This document shows, piece by piece, positions 9,398 to 18,658 of a stretch of DNA of 64,000 bases. The position numbers and the translations under genes were made by a program. The notes beneath the pieces were generated by a model that worked only from the letters and a program-made list of their open reading frames with translations, had not been told where the DNA came from and searched no databases. The number at the start of each line of letters is the position of its first letter. Within the stretch, counting starts at the first letter, position 1. The DNA is from Sulfuriferula sp. (GTDB lineage Bacteria; Pseudomonadota; Gammaproteobacteria; Burkholderiales; Sulfuriferulaceae): the NCBI GenBank assembly GCA_013140765.1, contig JABFSE010000016.1:320-64319 (forward strand), in the 5' to 3' direction.

Positions 9398-11458
9398 ATG
9401 AACGCCCTGCCTACTGATCATTTTCTCAATCGCGAATTAAGTTTGCTGGCATTTAACGAACGTGTACTGGCGCAAGCCCAAAACACCAGCGTGCCCTTGT
9501 TAGAGCGACTCAAATTCATTTGTATTGTCAGTAGCAACATGGATGAATTTTTTGAAGTCCGTGTCGCAGGCTTAAAAGAACGTGCCGCCATTGAGCCGCA
9601 CCACACCACACCCGACGGTATGACCGCCAAGCAAACCATGCACGCCGCCGAACCACGTATTCGCACGCTGATAGACAAACAGTATGAAATCCTCAATAGC
9701 GATATTCTGCCTAAATTAGCCTTGGAAGGCGTGCGTTTTTTACGTCGCAATCACTGGAATGAAGCCCAAGCGGCATGGGTACGGGCTTATTTTTTCCGTG
9801 AACTCATGCCAGTATTAACCCCTATAGGCTTAGATCCATCGCACCCATTCCCACGGGTACTCAACAAAAGTCTGAATTTTGCCGTTGAGCTGGCAGGACG
9901 CGATGCGTTTGGACGCAGCTCAGGTGCCGCCATCGTTCAGGCTCCGCGCTCATTGCCACGCGTCATCCAAATGCCCGAGGAAATCGCAGGCTGTGAATAC
10001 GGCTTCGTGTTCCTATCATCCATATTGCACGCCCACGTCAACGAACTATTTTCGGGCATGCAAGTTGAAGGTTGCTACCAATTCCGCGTCACGCGCAATT
10101 CCGAACTATTTGTGGACGAAGAAGAAATCAAAAACCTGCGTGATGCACTCAAAGGCGAGCTATCACAACGCAATTTCGGCGACGCAGTTCGTTTAGAAGT
10201 TGCCGACAGTTGCTCTACCGAGATGATAGACTTTTTGCTAGGTCAATTTGGACTCAAACACGCAGATTTATATCAAGTAAATGGCTTGGTCAACCTAGTG
10301 CGCTTAATGCAGATTCCCGACCAAGTTGATAAACCCGAGCTGAAGTTTTTACCCTATTTACCCAGCACACCTGCGGCACTGAGCAAATTCGACGATATTT
10401 TTAGCGTCATCCGCAAAGGTGATGTACTCCTGCACCACCCGTTCCAAAGTTTTCAACCCGTCATCGACTTCATTACCCAAGCCGCCGCCGACCCCAATGT
10501 ACTCGCAATACGCCAAACCGTTTATCGCACAGGCACAGACTCGCAACTCATGGAAGCCCTGATGCGTGCCGCACAATCAGGTAAAGAAGTCACCGTGGTC
10601 GTAGAACTCATGGCGCGTTTTGACGAAGAAGCCAACATCAACTGGGCAGGCAAATTAGAACAAGCAGGTGCGCACGTCGTCTATGGTGTTGTGGGCTATA
10701 AAACACACGCAAAAATGGCATTAGTAGTACGCCGCGAACACAACGAATTACGTCGCTACGTCCACCTAGGCACAGGCAATTACCACGCCCGCACCGCCAG
10801 ACTTTATACTGATTTCGGCCTAATGACATGCCATGACGGCATTTGCAACGATGTCAACGAAGTATTTACCCAGCTCACAGGACTAGGTAGTGCCACCCAC
10901 TTACAACACTTGCTACAATCCCCGTTCAGTATGCACACAGGCATGATAGCCATGATACAGCGCGAAGCAGAACACGCCCGCGCAGGCAAACCCGCACGTA
11001 TCTTCGCAAAAATGAACGCCCTGCTAGAGCCAAAAATCATACTCGCGCTATACGAAGCCTCACAAGCAGGCGTAGAAATAGACCTCGTCATCCGTGGTGC
11101 CTGCGCACTCAAACCTGGGCATCCTGGGCTATCCAGCAACATCCGCCTACGTTCAGTCATAGGTCGATTTTTAGAGCACACCCGCGTCTTCTACTTCCTC
11201 AACGAAGGCGCAGAAAACCTCTACCTATCCAGTGCCGACTGGATGGATCGCAACTTCTTCCGCCGCATAGAAGTCGCCTTCCCCATACTAGACCCGCGCC
11301 TAAAGAAGCGCGTCATCGCTGAAGGCATCAAACCCTACTTAAAAGACAACACCCAAGCATGGGAAATGGACGACACAGGCACATACACCCTACGCCGCCC
11401 CCGCCGCGCCCTACCCATCTCCGCGCAAGCAAGCCTACTAACCAGCCTAACCAAATAA
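9398..11458 (+). CDS. ppk1: Polyphosphate kinase 1
   Basis: NRELSLLAFNERVL, SSNMDEFFEVRV, HPFP, LLHHPF, YVHLGTGNY, SSADWMDRNFFRRIE. Confidence 0.98.
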   Translation: MNALPTDHFLNRELSLLAFNERVLAQAQNTSVPLLERLKFICIVSSNMDEFFEVRVAGLKERAAIEPHHTTPDGMTAKQTMHAAEPRIRTLIDKQYEILNSDILPKLALEGVRFLRRNHWNEAQAAWVRAYFFRELMPVLTPIGLDPSHPFPRVLNKSLNFAVELAGRDAFGRSSGAAIVQAPRSLPRVIQMPEEIAGCEYGFVFLSSILHAHVNELFSGMQVEGCYQFRVTRNSELFVDEEEIKNLRDALKGELSQRNFGDAVRLEVADSCSTEMIDFLLGQFGLKHADLYQVNGLVNLVRLMQIPDQVDKPELKFLPYLPSTPAALSKFDDIFSVIRKGDVLLHHPFQSFQPVIDFITQAAADPNVLAIRQTVYRTGTDSQLMEALMRAAQSGKEVTVVVELMARFDEEANINWAGKLEQAGAHVVYGVVGYKTHAKMALVVRREHNELRRYVHLGTGNYHARTARLYTDFGLMTCHDGICNDVNEVFTQLTGLGSATHLQHLLQSPFSMHTGMIAMIQREAEHARAGKPARIFAKMNALLEPKIILALYEASQAGVEIDLVIRGACALKPGHPGLSSNIRLRSVIGRFLEHTRVFYFLNEGAENLYLSSADWMDRNFFRRIEVAFPILDPRLKKRVIAEGIKPYLKDNTQAWEMDDTGTYTLRRPRRALPISAQASLLTSLTK

Positions 11459-11530
11459 ACTGCACCCCACCCATGTAGCTCGGAATAAAACCCGATTTAC
11501 ATGGTGACTAGCATTACTCATTTACACAAA

Positions 11531-11604
11531 ATACAGCAATGTTAGAACTGACCCCAAAAAACACCCAACCTCTTTAGATGGGTTCAGTTCTAACATTGCT
11601 GTAT
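11531..11604. repeat. 26-bp inverted repeat (1 mismatch) with 22-nt spacer, MITE/REP-like
   Basis: ATACAGCAATGTTAGAACTGACCCCA (11531-11556) and TGGGTTCAGTTCTAACATTGCTGTAT (11579-11604), between convergent ppk1 and folD. Confidence 0.8.
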
Positions 11605-11691
11605 ATTTATTGTTAAAATGTTTGGAAATTCGACCCCACCAAACCGATTTCCACTTGCCGCCATGTTGGTTGAGTCGCCATCAACACAACA

Positions 11692-12552
11692 TCACACGCT
11701 TGCATCTGCCATTACTGCCGCCTGCATGGTGTTTTCTAATAGCATCGCCACCGTCATCGGCCCCACGCCACCTGGCACGGGTGTAATCCAAGCGGCGCGT
11801 TTAGTGGCTGGGCTGAATTCTACATCGCCGCATAAACGACCGTCATTAAGGCGGTTTATGCCCACATCTACGACGGTCGCGCCTAATTTTACCCAGCTAC
11901 CTTTTACTAATTCAGCTTTACCGACGGCCACAACTAATATATCGGCTTGGGAGACAATTTCTGCTAAATTTTTGGTGAAACGGTGGCAAGTGGTGACGGT
12001 GCATCCTGCGAGTAGTAATTCCAAGCCCATTGGTCGTCCAACATGATTAGATGAGCCAACCACGACGGCGTTCAAGCCTTTCAAATCAGGGTGCGCCAGA
12101 TGTAACAAGCGTATCACGCCAAACGGCGTGCATGAGCGCAGTGTGGGCATACGCACGGCCAAACGACCAATGTTATAGGGGTGAAAACCATCCACATCTT
12201 TGTTGGGATGTATGCGCTCTATCACTAACTCCGATGCTATCTGTGGCGGCAAGGGCATTTGCACTAAAATGCCGTGCACGCTAGCGTCTTCATTTAGCTC
12301 ATCTATCAACGCCAACAATTCTGCCTCGCTGGTTGTCTCTGGCAAATTATATGACAATGAACGCACGCCTGCTTTTTCGCAGGCATTGCGTTTATTACGC
12401 ACATAAATGCTCGAAGCTGGATCTGCACCGACTAAAATAACAGCCAGCGTGGGCGTGGACAAGCCAGCAACCACACGCGCATCGACACGTGTGCGGATAT
12501 CAACCAGAATACTTTCGGCGAGTTGTTTCCCATCGAGCAATTGAGCAGACAT
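11692..12552 (-). CDS. folD: Methylenetetrahydrofolate dehydrogenase/cyclohydrolase
   Basis: [33 protein letters not shown]. Start MSAQ at 12552 (track 12564). Confidence 0.97.
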   Translation of the reverse strand: MSAQLLDGKQLAESILVDIRTRVDARVVAGLSTPTLAVILVGADPASSIYVRNKRNACEKAGVRSLSYNLPETTSEAELLALIDELNEDASVHGILVQMPLPPQIASELVIERIHPNKDVDGFHPYNIGRLAVRMPTLRSCTPFGVIRLLHLAHPDLKGLNAVVVGSSNHVGRPMGLELLLAGCTVTTCHRFTKNLAEIVSQADILVVAVGKAELVKGSWVKLGATVVDVGINRLNDGRLCGDVEFSPATKRAAWITPVPGGVGPMTVAMLLENTMQAAVMADASV

Positions 12553-12656
12553 AGTTTTCAGCATTTCAAATCAAAGAGGTAATTCGTCTATTTTACTCCG
12601 CCTCTATTCCTGCTGTAAAACACTAAGCTAGATACTTAGTAGAATCGTAAAAATAG

Positions 12657-12685
12657 TTGACAACTCACTAGATGCCCCGTATAGT
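12657..12685 (+). promoter_or_regulatory. sigma70 promoter of the tRNA cluster
   Basis: TTGACA-17 nt-TATAGT followed by GC-rich discriminator GGCGG, 10 nt before tRNA-Pro. Confidence 0.85.
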
Positions 12686-12694
12686 GGCGGTCTT

Positions 12695-12771
12695 CGGGGC
12701 GTAGCGTAGTCTGGTAGCGCGCCTGGTTTGGGACCAGGATGTCGGGAGTTCGAATCTCTCCGCCCCGACCA
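12695..12771 (+). tRNA. tRNA-Pro(UGG)
   Basis: Cloverleaf CGGGGCG...CGCCCCG-ACCA, anticodon loop TTTGGGA, T-loop TTCGAAT. Confidence 0.97.
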
Positions 12772-12846
12772 AGTTTTAAGGTCAATGCTTCAGGTCATCC
12801 GTGACTTCTCAATTTGTCAGGCGGTCATTATCATCGGGTTCATGAG

Positions 12847-12923
12847 CTGCCCGTAGCTCAACCGGATAGAGCACCAGCCTTCTAAGCTGGGGGTTACAGG
12901 TTCGATTCCTGTCGGGCAGACCA
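12847..12923 (+). tRNA. tRNA-Arg(UCU)
   Basis: CTGCCCG...CGGGCAG-ACCA, anticodon arm CCAGC-CTTCTAA-GCTGG. Confidence 0.97.
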
Positions 12924-12931
12924 GTTTCAAC

Positions 12932-13008
12932 GGTGGATGTAGCTCAGTTGGTAGAGTCCCGGATTGTGATTCCGGTTGTCGTGGGTTCGAGCCCCATCAT
13001 TCACCCCA
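12932..13008 (+). tRNA. tRNA-His(GUG)
   Basis: Encoded G-1, C73, anticodon arm CCGGA-TTGTGAT-TCCGG, terminal CCA. Confidence 0.97.
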
Positions 13009-13014
13009 TAAATT

Positions 13015-13048
13015 AAGCACTTAGCGAATTATTGCCTAGGTGCTTTTT
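13015..13048 (+). terminator. Intrinsic terminator after the tRNA cluster, overlapping the zapE stop
   Basis: AAGCACTTAG...CTAGGTGCTT stem followed by a T run. Confidence 0.7.
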
Positions 13049-14117
13049 CATGCGTACAACCATCAACCTGCACCGTTTGCATTTCTGCTAACCGACTCAA
13101 GGTGCGGTCGAACTCCCCTGCTAACAGATGCGCAGGGGCGAGTTGGTTTAAGGTGACAGGGGCGGATATGAGCAACTTCACTTGCGCGTCGTATAGCGCA
13201 TCCACTAGCCATAAAAAACGCCGTGCTTGTGCGCTTAAGTGCGTGTTAAATTGTGGCACATCTGAAATCAGCACCGTGTGAAAAAGCACTGCGAGTGCTA
13301 AGTAATCGGCTTTGCTACGATAATTTCCGCAAATTTCATCAAACGCTAACCAAATAACACCGCCCTGTATATAACGTGTTTGTATGCGTCGATGATGGAT
13401 GGTAATGACGGCGTTTTGCTGGCGTGCTTGCGTTTCAGCTTGCGATAACGTTACAAAAACTGTCATGAGCGTATTTAGACAGGCGGGTTGATTCAGCACG
13501 CGACGGTAATCTCTAGCCCCATCTAGACGACTCACGGTTAAGTTTTGTTGCATTAGCGCGATACATGGCAAAAACTGCTGACGCTGTAGGCCGTGTTGAT
13601 ATAGTTTTTCGGGCTCGCTATTGCTAGTCATGACCAATACAACGCCATGCGCTATTAACCCGCGCAATAAGCCTTGCATTAACATGGCATCGGCAATATC
13701 GGTAATATAAAATTCATCTAAACACAACAACCTAAACTGTTGAGATAGTTGTTTGGATAAACTATCTAAGGGGTTTTTTTGCCCCTGCATTTTTGCCAAT
13801 GTTGCGTGAATTTCTTGCATAAAATGATGAAAATGTACGCGCCGCTTTGCGCTCACAGGCACGCAATTAAAAAGCGCATCCATGATTAAACTCTTGCCTC
13901 GCCCCACCTCACCCCAAATATACAGCCCGCGCACGTGCTTAGTTGGCATCAGCGTTCGCCACCATTGCCAGCCCGTGTAGTGGGTGGCGGTTAATTCATC
14001 ATATAGCCGCTGGCAGTCTGCCAATACGGTAAGTTGAGCCTCATCTAACACCCAGCCACGCGCATCCGCTTGCTGTTGTAGATAATGTTTAATGTCAGAC
14101 GATACGGGTGCTTGCAT
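13029..14117 (-). CDS. zapE: AFG1-like ATPase / cell division protein ZapE
   Basis: GLYIWGEVGRGKS (Walker A), RVHFHHFMQEIH, LLCLDEF, TSN, ARRFLWLVDALYD, RTLSRLAEMQ. Likely start MQAP at 14117. Confidence 0.9.
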   Translation of the reverse strand: MQAPVSSDIKHYLQQQADARGWVLDEAQLTVLADCQRLYDELTATHYTGWQWWRTLMPTKHVRGLYIWGEVGRGKSLIMDALFNCVPVSAKRRVHFHHFMQEIHATLAKMQGQKNPLDSLSKQLSQQFRLLCLDEFYITDIADAMLMQGLLRGLIAHGVVLVMTSNSEPEKLYQHGLQRQQFLPCIALMQQNLTVSRLDGARDYRRVLNQPACLNTLMTVFVTLSQAETQARQQNAVITIHHRRIQTRYIQGGVIWLAFDEICGNYRSKADYLALAVLFHTVLISDVPQFNTHLSAQARRFLWLVDALYDAQVKLLISAPVTLNQLAPAHLLAGEFDRTLSRLAEMQTVQVDGCTHEKAPRQ

Positions 14118-14373
14118 GGGATATATCCGCGCCCTCGCCACACGTTTGCAACCAACGCATAACGGGCGTAACGCGTTGCTGTGGCTCGCGCACTAATTGC
14201 CACAAATCCTGATCAGGCAAATCCAGTAAACGGGCAAATTCGTCTAATTGTGGCGGACTTAAATGCGCTAGATGATGGTGCAAAAAACACGCCAAGACGA
14301 CATCCAGCTCCAACATGCCACGTCGGCAACGCCAGCGTAAACGCGCTATATTATCCGCCTCGCTCGACATCAC
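14095..14373 (-). CDS. sdhE: Succinate dehydrogenase assembly factor 2
   Basis: RLRWRCRRGMLELD and LLDLPDQDLW motifs. Confidence 0.93.
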   Translation of the reverse strand: MMSSEADNIARLRWRCRRGMLELDVVLACFLHHHLAHLSPPQLDEFARLLDLPDQDLWQLVREPQQRVTPVMRWLQTCGEGADISHASTRIV

Positions 14374-15065
14374 ACCGTCCGCTTCACGAGCAAGGTTTTA
14401 ATTTTGCCAATAGCCTGCGTAGGGTTGAGCTCTTTAGGACACACATCGACGCAATTCATAATGCTGTGGCAACGGAATAAACGATAGGGGTCTTCCAGAT
14501 TATCCAATCGCTCATTGACTGCTTGGTCGCGGCTGTCGGCGATGAAGCGATAGGCTTGCAATAAGCCCGCAGGCCCGACGAATTTATTCGGATTCCACCA
14601 GAACGATGGGCACGCGGTGGTGCAACAACCGCATAATATGCACTCATACAAGCCGTCCAGCTTGGCTCTATCCGCAGGCGATTGTAAACGTTCGATTTCT
14701 GGCTCGGGGTCATGGTTAATTAAATAAGGTTGCACTGAACGATAATGTTCGAAAAACTGGCTCATATCCACAATCAAATCCCGTATTACCGGCAAACCCG
14801 TCAACGGACGCAATGTGATGGGTTGCTTTAAGTTGCTCAGTGGCGTGACGCACGCTAGACCATTGCGGCCGTTGATATTCATCCCATCTGAACCACACAC
14901 CCCCTCACGACAAGAGCGGCGCACGCTTAATGTTTCATCTTGCTCTTTAATGAGCAAAATCGCGTCCAACAACATCATGCTGGCGGGATCAATATCCAGC
15001 TCATAGTCCTGCATATAAGGCTTGCTGTCACACTCGGGGTTATAGCGATAAATAGAAAAACGCAT
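14370..15065 (-). CDS. sdhB: Succinate dehydrogenase Fe-S subunit
   Basis: RSCREGVCGSD, CILCGCCTTACP, CHSIMNCVDVCP. Confidence 0.98.
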   Translation of the reverse strand: MRFSIYRYNPECDSKPYMQDYELDIDPASMMLLDAILLIKEQDETLSVRRSCREGVCGSDGMNINGRNGLACVTPLSNLKQPITLRPLTGLPVIRDLIVDMSQFFEHYRSVQPYLINHDPEPEIERLQSPADRAKLDGLYECILCGCCTTACPSFWWNPNKFVGPAGLLQAYRFIADSRDQAVNERLDNLEDPYRLFRCHSIMNCVDVCPKELNPTQAIGKIKTLLVKRTV

Positions 15066-15074
15066 GAGAGTATC

Positions 15075-16838
15075 CTAATAAACGCGTGGTAGCGGCTGAA
15101 AAGCACTGACGGTCAATGGCTTTTGGCGTACAGGCTTGTAATCCAACCTGTGCCCGTCGGCGTGATAAAGCGTATGTTTCATCCATACATCGTCGTTACG
15201 GGCTGGGTAATCATCACGGGCGTGTGCGCCTCGGCTCTCTTGGCGGGCGGCGGCGGACACCATGGTCGCCAAAGCCACTGCCATCAGATTCTCTAATTCC
15301 AACGCCTCGATACGCGCGGTATTAAACACGCGGCTATGATCACGCAATATCACACTGGAGAGTTTGGCGGCAACGGTCTGCATTTGCGCTACACCCGCTT
15401 GTAACACAGCTTCATTGCGAAACACACCGCAATGGCGTTGCATCACCTGACTCATTTCTTCACGTAATTCGGCAACGGTTAAGCCGTCACCTTTCTTATC
15501 CCAACGCGTTAATCGCGCCATGATTTTATCTATCGCCGCCTCAGAAACAGGGCGTGCAATCGGATTATCACGGCAATACGCAATCACATCATTACCCGCC
15601 GCCCGCCCAAATACAATTAAATCCAGCAAGGAGTTACTACCCAAACGATTAGCCCCATGCACCGAGACACAAGCACATTCGCCTATGGCGTAAAGCCCAG
15701 GAACAACTTCTTCAGGTCCAGTACCGAACGGCATGACGACCTGCCCATGCAAATTAGTGGGTATGCCGCCCATCATATAATGCACGGTAGGCACAACAGG
15801 GATAGGCATGGTGGCAAGATCGACATGAGCGAATTTTTTCGCCAAATCGCTAATGCCAGGCAAACGTTGCTGTATCACTTCTGCGCCTAAATGGTCTAAC
15901 TTAAGCAATAAATGATCGCCATGTTCACCGCAACCGCGCCCCTCAAAAATCTCCACCGCCATCGCCCGCGACACCACATCACGACTGGCTAAATCTTTGG
16001 CGTTGGGCGCATAACGCTCCATAAAACGCTCGCCATGCTTATTCACCAAATAACCACCTTCGCCACGCACGCCTTCTGTCACCAGCACCCCTGCGCCATG
16101 TATGCCTGTGGGGTGAAATTGCCAAAACTCCATATCTTCCAACGGTATGCCTGCCCGCAACGCCATCCCCAAGCCATCACCCGTATTGATTAACGCATTT
16201 GTAGTCGCCGCGAAAATCTGCCCCGCACCGCCTGTCGCTAAGATAGTTGCGCGCGCTTCGATAAAAATAGGCTCACCTGATTCTATCCCCAACGCCACCA
16301 CACCTTGCGCGTAGCCATGCGCATCCATCACCAAATCAAGCGCGAAATATTCTTCAAAAAAATGCGTGCGCGCCGCTATGTTGCGCTGATACAAGGTATG
16401 CAACATAGCATGACCCGTGCGGTCAGCCACCGCACAAGTCCGCACCGCAGGCACGCCACCGTAATCTTGCGTCATACCGCCAAAAGCGCGTTGATAAATT
16501 TTACCGTTATCTAGCCTATCGAATGGCATCCCGTAATGCTCTAACTCTATCACCGCCTCATTGGCATGACGGCACATAAATTCTATCGCATCCTGATCGC
16601 CCAGATAATCTGAGCCTTTGACCGTATCGTACATATGCCAATGCCAATTATCCGCGCTGACATTGCCCAAACTCGCCGCAATACCGCCCTGTGCGGATAC
16701 GGTATGCGAACGTGTGGGAAACACCTTAGACACCACAGCCACCTTGAGATTAGCCTCAGCCAATTGCAAAGCCGCCCGCAACCCCGCACCGCCACCGCCG
16801 ATAATCACCGCATCAAAAGTCCGTTTCGCGATACTCAT
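15075..16838 (-). CDS. sdhA: Succinate dehydrogenase flavoprotein subunit
   Basis: [17 protein letters not shown] (covalent-FAD His), [32 protein letters not shown] 16838 overlaps the sdhD stop. Confidence 0.98.
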   Translation of the reverse strand: MSIAKRTFDAVIIGGGGAGLRAALQLAEANLKVAVVSKVFPTRSHTVSAQGGIAASLGNVSADNWHWHMYDTVKGSDYLGDQDAIEFMCRHANEAVIELEHYGMPFDRLDNGKIYQRAFGGMTQDYGGVPAVRTCAVADRTGHAMLHTLYQRNIAARTHFFEEYFALDLVMDAHGYAQGVVALGIESGEPIFIEARATILATGGAGQIFAATTNALINTGDGLGMALRAGIPLEDMEFWQFHPTGIHGAGVLVTEGVRGEGGYLVNKHGERFMERYAPNAKDLASRDVVSRAMAVEIFEGRGCGEHGDHLLLKLDHLGAEVIQQRLPGISDLAKKFAHVDLATMPIPVVPTVHYMMGGIPTNLHGQVVMPFGTGPEEVVPGLYAIGECACVSVHGANRLGSNSLLDLIVFGRAAGNDVIAYCRDNPIARPVSEAAIDKIMARLTRWDKKGDGLTVAELREEMSQVMQRHCGVFRNEAVLQAGVAQMQTVAAKLSSVILRDHSRVFNTARIEALELENLMAVALATMVSAAARQESRGAHARDDYPARNDDVWMKHTLYHADGHRLDYKPVRQKPLTVSAFQPLPRVY

Positions 16839-17185
16839 ACCACACCCCACAAAATCTGCACCGCCCAAGCCGCATAAGTCACTAACAGCATTATCACCAA
16901 AACATGCAAAGCCAGACGAAGGCCGGTGGGATGGACATAATCCATAAAAATATCACGCATCCCCACCCAAGCATGGAGCAACAAACTTAACACAAACAGC
17001 AAACCCAACAAGCGCACAGGAAAATACTGAAACCAAGCCCGCCATGCGGCATAATCTAACCTAGGTTGCCATAGCCAATAACCCAGCATACACAAGGTAA
17101 ACACAGCCATAATCAGCGCAGTGACTCGTTGCATCAACCAATCACGCGTACCATAATGCGCCCCACTCACCACTCGCTTTACCAT
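16835..17185 (-). CDS. sdhD: Succinate dehydrogenase hydrophobic anchor
   Basis: [25 protein letters not shown]. Confidence 0.96.
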   Translation of the reverse strand: MVKRVVSGAHYGTRDWLMQRVTALIMAVFTLCMLGYWLWQPRLDYAAWRAWFQYFPVRLLGLLFVLSLLLHAWVGMRDIFMDYVHPTGLRLALHVLVIMLLVTYAAWAVQILWGVV

Positions 17186-17556
17186 AGCCGCAACCCTATC
17201 AACAAAGTCAGTGTCAGGCTAATTACCAACACCAGCTTGGCACTCCAACGTGCTTGCACCAGCTTCACGCCCCTATCAAAATCCAACGCCAAATAACGCA
17301 ATCCCATGCAAAAATGATGTAAATAAGCCCAAATAAGCGTCAATAACCCCAGCTTACTCAAGGGCGACTGCAAGCCAGCCTGCCACTGCGCAAAGCCTTG
17401 CGCTGATGATAGCGACACTTGCAAACCGTATAACAACACAGGCAATAACAAAAACAACAGCGCACCACTGACACGATGCAAAATCGACACCAAGGCAGGC
17501 AATGGCAGTTTCACTTTAAGCAGATTCAAATCCACGGGACGCGGGCAATTTAGCAT
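17179..17556 (-). CDS. sdhC: Succinate dehydrogenase cytochrome b556 subunit
   Basis: RPVDLNL, SILHRVSG, HHFCMGLRYL. Confidence 0.96.
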   Translation of the reverse strand: MLNCPRPVDLNLLKVKLPLPALVSILHRVSGALLFLLLPVLLYGLQVSLSSAQGFAQWQAGLQSPLSKLGLLTLIWAYLHHFCMGLRYLALDFDRGVKLVQARWSAKLVLVISLTLTLLIGLRLW

Positions 17557-17681
17557 GATGGTTCCAGAGTTCAGCCTATCAATATAACAATACTCGTTAT
17601 ATTACAGAACTCATGCGCTACGCGCTCGACAAACAAGCGGGTAGCTTTAATTCTAGACGGTACAACAATGATGCCCACAAT

Positions 17682-17712
17682 AAAAAACGGGAGCCTAAGC
17701 TCCCGTTTTTTT
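17682..17712. terminator. Intrinsic terminator with A/T runs on both sides
   Basis: AAAAAACGGGAGC-CTAA-GCTCCCGTTTTTTT. Confidence 0.9.
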
Positions 17713-17736
17713 GCTTACTAATTAACTCGTGGTCAA

Positions 17737-17961
17737 TTATTTAGCGGCTGGTGCTGCAGCAGCTGGTGTAGCTGCTTTTTCTTCCATTTTTTTCTCAACT
17801 TTTTTCTTAGCGTGGTGTTTTTTAGCGTGGTGCTTAACAGCTGGTTTAGCAGCTTCAGCAGCAGGTGCTGCAGCGGCAGCGGGCGCGGCATCAGCAGCAA
17901 CAGCAGAGAAAGAAACAGCAGCGAAAGCAGCAACGATCAAAGCGGATAATAATTTGCTCAT
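17737..17961 (-). CDS. Small secreted Ala/Pro/Lys/His-rich protein (Asr-like composition), 74 aa
   Basis: MSKLLSALIVAAFAAVSFSAVA signal peptide, then AAPAAAA and KHHAKKHHAKKK. AAGGA RBS; terminator downstream. Confidence 0.75.
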   Translation of the reverse strand: MSKLLSALIVAAFAAVSFSAVAADAAPAAAAAPAAEAAKPAVKHHAKKHHAKKKVEKKMEEKAATPAAAAPAAK

Positions 17962-18027
17962 TTTGACATCCTTAAAAAGTGGTTTAGTGTGAGTAACATG
18001 ACGCGAAAGCATCGCTGTCAGAGCAAA

Positions 18028-18056
18028 TAACGTCAACCCACTTCATCGCGTTGACA
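18028..18056 (-). promoter_or_regulatory. Candidate ECF-sigma-type promoter
   Basis: Minus strand TGTCAAC-17 nt-CGTTA about 65 nt upstream of the small secreted protein. Resembles the generic ECF -35 AAC / -10 CGT pattern. Confidence 0.35.
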
Positions 18057-18062
18057 CGATAT

Positions 18063-18623
18063 TCAAAAATTTTTCAACTCTTGTACCGATAATGCACGAA
18101 ACTGCCCAGGCATCAATTTATCCAGCGTCCACGCCCCGATTTGCGCACGAATCAAACGTAAAGTAGGAAAGCCCACCTTCGCCGTCATTCGCCGCACCTG
18201 CCGATTTTTCCCTTCGGTAATCGTCAACGCTATCCAACTGGTAGGAATGGCTTGCCGAAAACGCACAGGCGGCGTGCGATCCCATAAATTATCAGGCTCA
18301 CTTATACGCCGTGCCTGCGCTGGCGCACTGACGAAATCACCCAAATCCACACCGTGCATCAACGCAGACAAAGCCGCATCAGTGACCTCGCCCTCAACTT
18401 GCACCCAATAAGTTTTAGGTAATTTATGCTTAGGATGCGCAAGTTGATGTTGCAAGCGTCCATCATCAGTTAAAATAAGCAAACCCTCGCTATCGGTATC
18501 CAGCCGACCAGCGGCGTAAATACCTGCAATAGGGATATAATCTTTTAATGTAGGATGTTTACCATCGGCACTAAACTGGCACACAACGCCAAAAGGCTTA
18601 TTAAATATAATAACTTGTCGCAT
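18063..18623 (-). CDS. rluE: 23S rRNA pseudouridine(2457) synthase
   Basis: FNKPFGVVCQF, AGRLDTDSEGL, ITEGKNRQVRRMTA. Divergent from icd as usual. Confidence 0.92.
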   Translation of the reverse strand: MRQVIIFNKPFGVVCQFSADGKHPTLKDYIPIAGIYAAGRLDTDSEGLLILTDDGRLQHQLAHPKHKLPKTYWVQVEGEVTDAALSALMHGVDLGDFVSAPAQARRISEPDNLWDRTPPVRFRQAIPTSWIALTITEGKNRQVRRMTAKVGFPTLRLIRAQIGAWTLDKLMPGQFRALSVQELKNF

Positions 18624-18658
18624 GGCGGGATTAACTTTACTTTAGATTAGGGAAAACC

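Noticed and set aside
11618-12046. 142-aa plus-strand ORF
   Set aside because: Antisense to folD, with no recognisable motif.
12772-12846. 75-nt spacer between tRNA-Pro and tRNA-Arg as a degenerate tRNA or sRNA
   Set aside because: No T-loop or acceptor stem; only a weak hairpin.
12695-13008. Integrated element at the tRNA clusters (also 39858-40067)
   Set aside because: No integrase and no duplicated tRNA 3' end found nearby.
17729-17992. Overlapping ORFs 17729-17992 (+) and 17733-17933 (-)
   Set aside because: Alternative frames of a low-complexity GCN-rich gene. Only the signal-peptide frame has an RBS.
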